Shown: positions 27,624-36,337 of the stretch, piece by piece
How the letters are laid out: every line of letters starts with the position of its first letter
How positions within the stretch are numbered: position 1 is the first letter of the stretch
Origin: an uncultured Oscillospiraceae bacterium
GTDB taxonomy: Bacteria > Bacillota > Clostridia > Saccharofermentanales > UBA5734
Assembly: GCA_964549475.1 (NCBI GenBank)
Contig: CAZJXH010000002.1
Span: 1-47,858 of the forward strand
Direction of reading: 5' to 3'
Length of the DNA: 47,858 nt
Made by a program: the position numbers and the translations under genes
The notes under the pieces: generated by a model
Database searches by the model: none
What the model was told of the DNA's origin: nothing
What the model saw: the letters and a program-made list of their open reading frames with translations, nothing else

Positions 27624-29147
27624 ATGAAAAACATTGCGACAATCCATCTTTGTGCAGACAGTATTCTTTCTCCGATTGATGAACGTCTGTACAGTTCCTT
27701 TATCGAGCATATGGGACGCGCTATATACACCGGTATTTACGAGCCTGGACACGAAACCGCAGGAACGGACGGTTTCCGTCAGGATGTGATCCGTTATATC
27801 CGTCCATTGAACATTCCTCTAATCCGTTACCCCGGTGGCAATTTTGTCTCAGGCTATCGTTGGGAAGATGGCGTCGGACCGAGGGATGTCCGTCCGGTAC
27901 GACCCGATCTTGCATGGTTCGCCCTGGAAACGAATCGGATCGGTACCAATGAGTTCATGGATTATCTGAATCTTTTGGGCGCAAAGCCGATGCTTGCTGT
28001 CAATCTGGGAACCCGCGGTGCACAGGATGCGGTCAACCTGCTGGAATATTGCAATTTCCCAGGCGGCACGTTTTTTAGCGACATGCGCATCGCCCATGGC
28101 TACCCGACTCCCCATAACATCAAACTATGGTGCCTCGGCAACGAGATGGACGGGCCCTGGCAGATTTGTGCAAAAACTGCTGACGAGTATGGGCGACTTG
28201 CCTGTGAAACCGCAAAAATGATGAAATGGCAGGATCCCGACATTGAACTTGTGGTATGCGGAAGCTCCTACCGGCAGATGCAGACATTTGGTGAATGGGA
28301 ACGCACCGTTCTGCGCCATACTTATGATCATGTGGACTATCTCTCCCTGCACAGCTACTACATGAATATGGAGGATGACATCCCTTCCTTCCTCGCAAGC
28401 AATGTGAGCATGGATTCCTTCATTAAAGAAGTCGCTGCCATCTGTGATGAAATAAAGGAAGAGAAAAAATCGACGAAAGATATCCGCCTTTCCTTTGATG
28501 AATGGAACGTATGGTATCATTTTAAAAAAGATTATGAAAATCCGCCGAAATGGATGGTTGCTCGTCCCATCGAAGAAGAGCATTTTGATTTTGCCGATGC
28601 GTTGCTGGTAGGAAGCATGCTGATCACGCTGATCAATAATTCCGATGTCGTGAAAATCGCCTGTCTCGCGCAGCTTGTCAATGTTATCGCACCTATCATG
28701 ACAGAACCAAACGGTCCTTCATGGGTACAGACAATCTATTATCCATTCCTGCTCACCTCTCTGCATGGACGCGGCACTGCGCTCAAAATAGAATTGGATT
28801 CCCCGGTTTATGCCTGTTCCGCAGGAGATTCTATCCCTTGCATTGATTGTGCGGCCGTGGTTTGTGAGCAAAAAGGCGAGTTGACATTATTTCTGGTCAA
28901 TAAGAGTCTGGAACGAGATATTCCCTGCCAGATCCACCTGGAAGGTTTTTCCAGTGAAAGCCTTCTTGAATGGATCACATTGAGCGGTTACGAACTCGAT
29001 GCCACTAATTCATCGAATCATTCTCCCGTAAGTCCCAAGCCCTGCACCGGTGAAACAATAACAAAACAGGCCGTCATTCTCCCCTTGTCCAAAGCATCCT
29101 GGAACATGGTACGGCTACAGATGGATAATAAAGCATTTCCTGTCTAG
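27624..29147 (+). CDS. abfA: alpha-L-arabinofuranosidase, GH51
   Basis: The ATG at 27624 follows AGGAG. Motifs present: IDERLYSSFIEHMGRAIYTGIYEP, RYPGGNFVSGYRWEDGVGP, acid/base WCLGNEMDGPWQ and nucleophile region SFDEWNVW. Confidence 0.93.
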   Translation: MKNIATIHLCADSILSPIDERLYSSFIEHMGRAIYTGIYEPGHETAGTDGFRQDVIRYIRPLNIPLIRYPGGNFVSGYRWEDGVGPRDVRPVRPDLAWFALETNRIGTNEFMDYLNLLGAKPMLAVNLGTRGAQDAVNLLEYCNFPGGTFFSDMRIAHGYPTPHNIKLWCLGNEMDGPWQICAKTADEYGRLACETAKMMKWQDPDIELVVCGSSYRQMQTFGEWERTVLRHTYDHVDYLSLHSYYMNMEDDIPSFLASNVSMDSFIKEVAAICDEIKEEKKSTKDIRLSFDEWNVWYHFKKDYENPPKWMVARPIEEEHFDFADALLVGSMLITLINNSDVVKIACLAQLVNVIAPIMTEPNGPSWVQTIYYPFLLTSLHGRGTALKIELDSPVYACSAGDSIPCIDCAAVVCEQKGELTLFLVNKSLERDIPCQIHLEGFSSESLLEWITLSGYELDATNSSNHSPVSPKPCTGETITKQAVILPLSKASWNMVRLQMDNKAFPV

Positions 29148-29294
29148 ATAATGCACTTTATCCGGATTATCTCTTTACTAATCAGGGCGATCCACGTTTT
29201 CAATTATATACGTAGTGATCCACGTCCTCCATAATATAAGTATCATGGAAACAGTCTATCATTATGTCCACCTTGTCGATAAGGAGTAAATTTG

Positions 29295-32200
29295 ATGAGT
29301 ATAGGAACCTATGAATTCTGGACAACACTATGTAATGCAATACAGATTAAAACATCAGAAGGTGTAATAGAACTGGGATTTATAGAAGACGATATCTTGC
29401 GATTACGATTTAATCCTGGGGAGAGAATTCAAGAGGAAGAGGCTTTTGTGGCAAATCCTGATACGATTTATGCCGGAAGATTCCATATAGCGGAAACATC
29501 AAATACCCTTTTGGTTGAAAGTAAAAACCTAAGGGTGTCTGTGCTTTTGGATCCGCTCAGTATCAGGGTGCTTGATTGCGAGGGAAATGCTATTTTCTCG
29601 ACTACAGAAAATATGGGGGAGCTCACTGTAAAATCGACAATTGTTAGAATTACACTTGACCCAGATGAAAAGATTTATGGGTTAGGACAAGATCCGATGG
29701 CCAACTTGGACCAACGCGGCAAGGAAAGAAGAATGTGGCAGGAATGGGGAGGTTTCCGCCGCAGTGGGAATGCGGGCATTCCATTCTATATATCAAGCAA
29801 AGGCTATGGCCTGCTTTTAAACAGTTCCTGGCCATCACGTTTTGCTGTCGGAGAAGCAAAAGTTGCATTACCTGGTCCAAAGACAAGCATTCATTGGGCA
29901 GCTGCGCCCTGGGATTGGGAAAAGGATTCAGGAGAAACGAATCCTGATGAGCTTTCCATTTTACTAGATAGCAGTAGGATGGATCTATTTATCATTTGCC
30001 GAAAATCGGTCGATGAAATTCATCGGGGCTATGTCCAATTGACCGGAAATGCCCCCATGCTTCCCAAGTGGGCATTTGGCTTTATTCAATGCAAAAATCG
30101 GTACAGATTCCAGGAAGAAATGCTATGCCTTGCAAGAAAATTCAGAGAAAAAAGGATACCCTGCGATGCATTTGTACTAGATTGGCTTTGGTTTAAAGAA
30201 TTCGGAGACCTTGAGTGGTTCAAACAAAACTGGCCGGATCCGGAAGGAATGCTGAAAGAGCTTGCAGCGATGGGAATACGGGTAGTTCAAGCCCAACACC
30301 CGTATATAGAAAGAAATTCCTTACAATATAATGAATTTAACTTAAAAGGATATTTGAATTTTATACCCCCAGACAAGGACCCTGATTCAATTGGGAATAA
30401 TAGTGCATCGATGGTTCATGCACGTCCAACCTTTGACCATTCCAATCCAGAAGCACGGAGAGCCTGGTGGAATCAGACAGAGCGCTTATTTAATGAAGGC
30501 ATCCGAGGCTACTGGACTGATATGGGGGAATTGGAGGAACATCCTTTAGGAACAGTAAGCTGCCTCGGCAGCAGGGAACGTGTCCACAACATCTATTCAA
30601 CCCTTTGGACCAAAGGCCTTTATGACGGGCAGAGAAGCTGCTCGAAGGAGAGGGTCTTTTCCCTTGCCCGTACCGCATATGCCGGGATTCAAAGGAATGG
30701 CGCTGCAATGTGGTCAGGAGATGTGGACTCGACCTGGGAGGTGTTAAGAGAGCAGGTTGCAATAGGCCAGGGCGTCTGTTTGTCTGGCCAGCAATTCTGG
30801 TGTACGGATATTGGCGGGTTCTTTACTGATGAGCGTTTCAGTGCGGAATTATATGTCCGCTGGTTCCAATGGGGTGCTTTCTGCCCTATATTCAGAACTC
30901 ACGGAACACGTCCTGATAATGAGCCTTGGAGCTTCGGGGAGCAAGCGGAATCGATAATTAAGGAATTTATCAACTTACGCTATCAACTCATGCCTTATAT
31001 TTACAGCTGTGCCAGGAAAGTGACCGAAAGCGGTACTCCTATCATGAGGGCGATGTGCGCGGATTTTGCGAAGGATGATACCGCTTGCGCACAAAAAGAC
31101 CAGTTTATGTTCGGGCCGGCTTTGCTGGTTGCACCAGTGTTGGAAGAAAACGCAAGGACCCGAAAGCTTTATCTGCCTGAAGGCATATGGTACGATTTCT
31201 GGACAGGAGAAAAATATACGGGGAAACGTTGGATAGAAGTTTTGTCTCCATTGTCTGCCATACCACTTTTTGCCAAGGCCGGAAGCATCATTCCCATGGG
31301 ACCTGTATTGAATTACACCGATGAAACCCCTTTGGATACCATTGATTTACGGGTATATGCAGGAAGTCAAGGCTCTTTTGATCTTTATGAGGATGACGGA
31401 AAAACCTACGCTTATGAAAACGGAGAATATGTGAAAACAGCCCTATCCGTGGACGAATCAGGGGAAGTGGCGTTTGGCGAAATCACCGGGAAAAAAGAGC
31501 TCATACCAGACAACAGACAATATAATATCATCGTCCATGACGGCAAAGGCAATAATAAGATTATTGCCTTGGGCAATGACAAGATAATTGCCTTGGGCAA
31601 TAACAAGATGATTGGCCAGCCCATGGAGATTTATTCCGATACCAACATGAGCTGTGACGGCATTTGCACCATCTCTATAATGGTCAAAAACATTTCAGAT
31701 GCAGAGATTGACCTGAAAGCGTTTCTGAAGGTTGCGACAGGCTGGAAGCTGTTCCCAAGGGTTACGGATGAAAAAACAGCAAAAATAAAGGATTATCATC
31801 TTCTCCAGTGGAAAGTAATCCCTTGTGCCGAAGCGCTTCCATTGATTAATCATGGAACTGTCGAATTGGAAATCAAATGGAAAGAATGCACAAGCAAGAC
31901 CAGGGAAGAGCTTACATGGGGAAGCGCCTATGCCACACGCTGGCATATCATAGGCAATTTCAACAATGAGGACAACAAAGGGCTGGACAACCGGTATGAA
32001 ATAGAAGAAAATGCGGATTCCCCCTTTTATTCTGAAAATGGACAGAAACATGATTGGGAAAGAAATACGATCAATGAATATAACTGTTTTGGATACGTTG
32101 AATTTTCAAGGCCTCCTGTTTCTCCTAATATCACCAATGCCCTGGTCAGCCAAGGCGTCGCTTATGCAAAATGCAGCATATGGAGCGAAGAAGACACGAT

Positions 32201-32453
32201 TGGATTCATGGACATATCAGGAGACCCGTGTATAAAAATATGGATCAACGGTGAATTGAAATATGAGAGCTATAATATCGTGCTCAAGCAAGTCATCCAT
32301 ACACCGGTTTCTCTTAAAAAAGGATGGAATAAGGTATTGGTAAAATCTGCGCTCTTCTGTGAAAAACCTTACAGTGGAAGGGAATTCGGTTTTAGCTTCC
32401 GAATCGTCGAAAAAAGCGGCAAAGTAATGGACAAGCTACTATATAAGCCTTAA
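29295..32453 (+). CDS. GH31 family glycoside hydrolase (alpha-glucosidase/alpha-xylosidase-like) with a roughly 330-aa C-terminal extension
   Basis: The ATG at 29295 lies 8 nt after AAGGAG. GH31 signatures are present: nucleophile region GYWTDMGE and acid/base region MWSGDVDSTWE...WCTDIGGF. The C-terminal part looks like beta-sandwich/galactose-binding-like modules (IKIWINGELKY...LKKGWNKVLVKS). Confidence 0.88.
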   Translation: MSIGTYEFWTTLCNAIQIKTSEGVIELGFIEDDILRLRFNPGERIQEEEAFVANPDTIYAGRFHIAETSNTLLVESKNLRVSVLLDPLSIRVLDCEGNAIFSTTENMGELTVKSTIVRITLDPDEKIYGLGQDPMANLDQRGKERRMWQEWGGFRRSGNAGIPFYISSKGYGLLLNSSWPSRFAVGEAKVALPGPKTSIHWAAAPWDWEKDSGETNPDELSILLDSSRMDLFIICRKSVDEIHRGYVQLTGNAPMLPKWAFGFIQCKNRYRFQEEMLCLARKFREKRIPCDAFVLDWLWFKEFGDLEWFKQNWPDPEGMLKELAAMGIRVVQAQHPYIERNSLQYNEFNLKGYLNFIPPDKDPDSIGNNSASMVHARPTFDHSNPEARRAWWNQTERLFNEGIRGYWTDMGELEEHPLGTVSCLGSRERVHNIYSTLWTKGLYDGQRSCSKERVFSLARTAYAGIQRNGAAMWSGDVDSTWEVLREQVAIGQGVCLSGQQFWCTDIGGFFTDERFSAELYVRWFQWGAFCPIFRTHGTRPDNEPWSFGEQAESIIKEFINLRYQLMPYIYSCARKVTESGTPIMRAMCADFAKDDTACAQKDQFMFGPALLVAPVLEENARTRKLYLPEGIWYDFWTGEKYTGKRWIEVLSPLSAIPLFAKAGSIIPMGPVLNYTDETPLDTIDLRVYAGSQGSFDLYEDDGKTYAYENGEYVKTALSVDESGEVAFGEITGKKELIPDNRQYNIIVHDGKGNNKIIALGNDKIIALGNNKMIGQPMEIYSDTNMSCDGICTISIMVKNISDAEIDLKAFLKVATGWKLFPRVTDEKTAKIKDYHLLQWKVIPCAEALPLINHGTVELEIKWKECTSKTREELTWGSAYATRWHIIGNFNNEDNKGLDNRYEIEENADSPFYSENGQKHDWERNTINEYNCFGYVEFSRPPVSPNITNALVSQGVAYAKCSIWSEEDTIGFMDISGDPCIKIWINGELKYESYNIVLKQVIHTPVSLKKGWNKVLVKSALFCEKPYSGREFGFSFRIVEKSGKVMDKLLYKP
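31548..31619 (+). repeat. in-frame 24-nt tandem repeat, 3 copies (GNNKIIAL / GNDKIIAL / GNNKMIGQ), inside the GH31 gene
   Basis: GGCAATAATAAGATTATTGCCTTG, GGCAATGACAAGATAATTGCCTTG and GGCAATAACAAGATGATTGGCCAG are read directly from the sequence. Confidence 0.9.
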
Positions 32454-32666
32454 GCAAAAGAGCTGCATGAATAATTCATCATGTGAAAGTGGCTTCTTGT
32501 GGAAAAATCAAGTTGTAAAATGAAATGATTAAAAGATAAAAATCAGCAGACATTCATTCGGGGAGACAAAATGCTGTGGTTGTAGCCTCCGAAGGAAATC
32601 GTCAAAGCGATAGGTAGTTAAACCAATCCACAGCGTCTGCTTACATTATATAAAAAGAAAGGAAAA

Positions 32667-32686
32667 TATAATGCAATTGCATTATA
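32667..32686. promoter_or_regulatory. perfect 20-bp palindrome TATAATGCAATTGCATTATA
   Basis: Exact self-complement, located 13 nt upstream of the GH4-fragment start codon. It contains a TATAAT hexamer on both strands. Confidence 0.4.
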
Positions 32687-32698
32687 CAAGGTAGGTTC

Positions 32699-33082
32699 AT
32701 GAAAAAAATTGCATTTATCGGGGCAGGAAGCTTTGGATTTACAAGAGGATTGGTGAAAGATATTCTGTCTTTCCCTGCTTTAGCGGATTCCACCATCGCA
32801 TTAATGGATATTGATGATGAAAGGCTTGCAATAATAAAAAAGGCTGTTGAAAAAATTATCGCCGCAGGCAATTATCCGGCCAGTGTCATCGCAACGAAAG
32901 ACCGGGCGGAAGCACTTCAAGGAGCAGATGGAGTTCTATGCACGATTCTTTCAGGAGGGATTGATGTCTGGCGAAATGATATAGAGATTCCAAAAAAGCA
33001 TGGAGTGAATATCAATGTCGGTGACACAAGAGGACCATCCGGAATTTTCAGAGCGTTGCGGACCATAAACAGCGGCTGCTGA
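32699..33082 (+). pseudogene. truncated GH4-family glycosidase (alpha-galactosidase/alpha-glucosidase type), N-terminal 127 aa only
   Basis: It has the NAD-binding [14 protein letters not shown] and [29 protein letters not shown], typical of GH4. Similarity ends after RTI, with a stop 5 codons later. Full-length GH4 enzymes are about 430-450 aa. Confidence 0.8.
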
Positions 33083-33218
33083 ATGTGATTTTTGATTACA
33101 ATTATGTATAACTCATCCTGCAAAAAGCATTAATGATATTGAATCTATTGATGACAAGAAGAAAACTTATAAAGAATGCTTCTGTAAAAGCGCTGTAAAA
33201 GCGATGGTCGAAAAACAC

Positions 33219-33281
33219 TTGACGATTAACGGTATGTATGGTATAGAGATATTATACATATGAGTGAGCGCTTACTCATAT
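33219..33281 (+). promoter_or_regulatory. promoter (TTGACG, 17-nt spacer, TATAGA with upstream TG) followed by a 24-bp near-perfect palindrome (candidate TetR operator)
   Basis: ATATGAGTGAGC|GCTTACTCATAT (33258-33281) has one mismatch between arms. It lies about 10 nt downstream of the -10 element and about 70 nt upstream of the first gene of the TetR-containing unit. Confidence 0.5.
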
Positions 33282-33352
33282 CTTTAGGATCTTTTCTTAT
33301 TCAAAGTTAAAATAAACGTTATGGTTCTCACGACGAAAGGGGGTCTATGCTT

Positions 33353-34111
33353 ATGGCAGATGAATTAACCAAGGCAAATATCAATCTATTTGCTATACTA
33401 AGGAATCTGGAAGATCTTTGCGAACTCGATGGGGAAACAAAGAAGCTAATGGCAGCAAAAAACATTTCCATTGCATTTCATGTAAAAGACGGACCCGATG
33501 CAGTTCTAGCCATTCAAAACGGGAAAGCAAGCTTGACAAGGGGCAAAGGAAAATCAACCATCAAGCTGTTCTTTTTTTCTCCTGAACATTTGAATAAGAT
33601 GTTTGATGGAAAATCCAATCCGATACCTTTAAAAGGTTTTACAAAAATCGGCTTTTTGAAAAATGAGTTTACAAAATTGACCGATCGGCTTTCCTACTTT
33701 CTCAAACCTACAGATGACCTGTTAAAAGATCCTGCCTATCTGAAAATCAATACGATTCTTACGGCTAATACAGCTTTTTTTGCATTGGCTGAAATCGGCA
33801 ATTATGACAGAATCGGGAAAATAAATGCTGGTAGGATCGATGACGGGATTATTTCGATTTCAGTGAAAAATGGAGGGCCGTCTATCAATATTACTGCCAA
33901 GGCTGGAAGGCTGCAGGCAGCAAAGGGCGCTGGAATTTTACCAAGAGCCTATATGACTTTTTCCAGTGTTGAAATTGCAAATGCCATTTTAAATGGGAAG
34001 AAGGACACCTATACTTGCATAGGTACAGGCGATTTTCAGGTAAAAGGCTTTATTCCCATGCTCGACAATATGAATAAATTGCTTTATCAGGTCCCTTCAT
34101 TCCTAAAATAA
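33353..34111 (+). CDS. hypothetical protein with SCP2-like (sterol/lipid carrier) sequence features
   Basis: 252-254 aa. Both halves end in patterns reminiscent of SCP2 domains (SPEHLNKMFDGKSNPIPLKGF...; SSVEIANAILNGKKDTYTCIGTGDFQVKGFIPMLDNMNKLL). The ATG at 33353 is better spaced from AAGGGGG than the one at 33347. Confidence 0.45.
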   Translation: MADELTKANINLFAILRNLEDLCELDGETKKLMAAKNISIAFHVKDGPDAVLAIQNGKASLTRGKGKSTIKLFFFSPEHLNKMFDGKSNPIPLKGFTKIGFLKNEFTKLTDRLSYFLKPTDDLLKDPAYLKINTILTANTAFFALAEIGNYDRIGKINAGRIDDGIISISVKNGGPSINITAKAGRLQAAKGAGILPRAYMTFSSVEIANAILNGKKDTYTCIGTGDFQVKGFIPMLDNMNKLLYQVPSFLK

Positions 34112-34177
34112 TATTTATTTGAATTTATCTTTATTGGATTTATCTTTATAGAAGTCAAAAAGAAAAGAGGTAAAAGG

Positions 34178-35425
34178 ATGAATACATATAGTTATGAAAA
34201 AAGCCAGGAGCTTTTTATGCGTGCAGCAAAAGTTATCCCTGCCGGCCTTTACGGACATCTTGGTCCTGCAGAAGGCTGTTTCATTCCAATCGATGCATAT
34301 CCGCTTTTTTCGAAGGAAGCAAAAGGCTCCCATTTCTGGGATGCTGACGGCAACGAATTCATTGATTACATGTGTGCCTATGGGCCTAACGTCTTGGGAT
34401 ATAATGACGAAGAGGTGGATGCCGCAGCATTTGCCCAGTCCAAGCTGGGGAACTGTGTGACATCCCCTATGCCCGTGATAATCGACCTTGCGGAGCTTAT
34501 GGTTGAAACAGTAGAGATGGCGGATTGGGCTTTCTTTGCAAAAAACGGAGGAGATGTCACGAGCTTTGCCCTGATGGTAGCGAGAGCCGCAACGGGAAGG
34601 AAAAAAGCAATCCTTGTAAATGGGAACTACCACGGGGTCGCTCCATGGACTCAAAAAGTGGGATGCCCCGGTGTTGCGGAGGAAGATCTGCAGAATAATA
34701 TATATGTGGATTGGAATAATATCGAGCAGGTAGAACGGGTGATAAAGGAAAATCCGGGTGAAATAGCATGCTTTATGTCCACTCCGTATTTTCATCCTGT
34801 TTTCACCGATAACATTTTACCTGCAAATGGATACTGGCAAAAGATTCGCAAGCTGTGTACCGACAATGGTATCGTGCTTGCAATCGATGATGTGCGCTGC
34901 GGCTTCCGACTTGATATAAAGGGATCTGATCACTATTATGGCTTCAAGGCAGACCTTATGTGCTTTTGCAAAGCCATAGCAAACGGATGGAATGTTTCCT
35001 GCCTGTGTGGTACGGATTCTTTAAAGGAAGCAGCCGCTTCGGTGATGTACACCGGAAGCTACTGGATGTCTGCGATTCCTCTCGCCGCAGGGATCGCATG
35101 TATCAAAAAACTGAAACGGATCAATGGCGACAAGCTCATGCTATCCCTGGGCAGGAAGCTTACGGAGGGTCTTGTTGCGACAGCTAAAACGCATGGGTTC
35201 AATCTCGTCATATCGGGAGAACCCTCTATGTGGTTCATGAGGATCGCAGATGACACTACACTGCTTCTCCACCAGCAGTGGATTTCCGAGTGCGTCAGGA
35301 GGGGTGCATTTTTTACAAACCACCATAACCAGTTCATCAATTGCGCTTTGTCGGAGGCCGATATCAATTTAACCCTTGATATTGCTGACGATGCATTCAA
35401 GGCTGTTAAAAAGCAACACTTGTAA
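34178..35425 (+). CDS. class-III (GSA-aminomutase-like) PLP-dependent aminotransferase
   Basis: 415 aa. Motifs present: SQELFMRAAKVIPAG, GSHFWDADGNEFIDY, DDVRCGFRL, and the PLP-lysine region CFCKAIANGW. Confidence 0.85.
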   Translation: MNTYSYEKSQELFMRAAKVIPAGLYGHLGPAEGCFIPIDAYPLFSKEAKGSHFWDADGNEFIDYMCAYGPNVLGYNDEEVDAAAFAQSKLGNCVTSPMPVIIDLAELMVETVEMADWAFFAKNGGDVTSFALMVARAATGRKKAILVNGNYHGVAPWTQKVGCPGVAEEDLQNNIYVDWNNIEQVERVIKENPGEIACFMSTPYFHPVFTDNILPANGYWQKIRKLCTDNGIVLAIDDVRCGFRLDIKGSDHYYGFKADLMCFCKAIANGWNVSCLCGTDSLKEAAASVMYTGSYWMSAIPLAAGIACIKKLKRINGDKLMLSLGRKLTEGLVATAKTHGFNLVISGEPSMWFMRIADDTTLLLHQQWISECVRRGAFFTNHHNQFINCALSEADINLTLDIADDAFKAVKKQHL

Positions 35426-35535
35426 AACAGGTGACAATATAGATCTGATGGTAAAACTTGACACGGCATGAGAAAACAGTAGAAGGTGAACGGTGCTGGA
35501 TTCCCTCCCCTGGGCATTGGGAGATCATATTGGCT

Positions 35536-36243
35536 ATGGAGGATCGAATGAAGGAAAAAATCGCAACAGCAAAAAATACGAAGGGAAATATCCAATTTCA
35601 TAAGAACACTTTTGAAAACATCTCAGAAGACAGACGGAAGAAAATAGTTGATGTTGCGGTTTCAGAATTTGCATCAAACGGTTATAATGCCACGAATATC
35701 AACACCATAGCCAGTAAGGCGGGAATAAGCATCGGTTCGATGTATAATTATTTCGAATCAAAAGAGGCACTGTTTTTAACGATTATTCAAAAAGGGGTCA
35801 ATGATCTCGAAGCTGCACTCAAAGAGGTGCTTGGAGATGGCGATAACATTTTTGACATATTAGAAAGGTTATTTCGGACATCAATAGACTATGCACAAAA
35901 GAATCCTGAATTGAATCAGATTTACCTTGATGCCACGTCCCAGGGCCTTTCGGAAATGTCAAAGAAGCTTTCCCGCCAGATAGAAGAAATCACTTACGAA
36001 CTTTACATCGATATTATTGATAATGCCAAAAAGGTTGGAACGGTTGACAAAGGGGTGGATAGCCGGCTTGCTGCGTTTTTTATAGACAACCTTGTCATCA
36101 TGCTGCAGTTTTCTTTTTCTTCCGATTACTACAAGGAAAGAATGAAAATTTTCCTTGGGATAGATTCATCAAATGACTACGAACGTATTATAAAAGGCAT
36201 GATCAGCTTGCTTAAAAAGGCTTTTATAAATAAGGAGTCATAA
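35536..36243 (+). CDS. TetR/AcrR family transcriptional regulator
   Basis: HTH region RRKKIVDVAVSEFASNGYNATNINTIASKAGISIGSMYNYFESKEALF. The start is ATG 35536 or 35548; the ORF-track TTG at 35458 is unlikely. Confidence 0.9.
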   Translation: MEDRMKEKIATAKNTKGNIQFHKNTFENISEDRRKKIVDVAVSEFASNGYNATNINTIASKAGISIGSMYNYFESKEALFLTIIQKGVNDLEAALKEVLGDGDNIFDILERLFRTSIDYAQKNPELNQIYLDATSQGLSEMSKKLSRQIEEITYELYIDIIDNAKKVGTVDKGVDSRLAAFFIDNLVIMLQFSFSSDYYKERMKIFLGIDSSNDYERIIKGMISLLKKAFINKES

Positions 36244-36337
36244 AAAGAGTCATAATTGGATATGGCATAAAATTTTATACGGTGTGTTATTTAGCTATAG
36301 GTTTCTGATGATATAAATTAAAAGGAGGAAACTTATT

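Noticed and set aside
29189-29225. Direct repeat GATCCACGT, two copies 28 nt apart, in the GH51-GH31 spacer.
   Set aside because: A 9-mer occurring twice in a short spacer could arise by chance. It has no palindromic character and no further copies that I could see.
31548-31619. The 24-nt tandem repeats as a possible CRISPR or minisatellite array.
   Set aside because: The units are directly adjacent with no spacers and in frame inside a GH31 coding sequence. There are only three diverging copies and no cas genes in the window.
33347-34111. Firm SCP2 sterol-carrier annotation for the 252/254-aa protein.
   Set aside because: The resemblance rests on short C-terminal patterns only. I kept it as a low-confidence hypothesis rather than a functional call.
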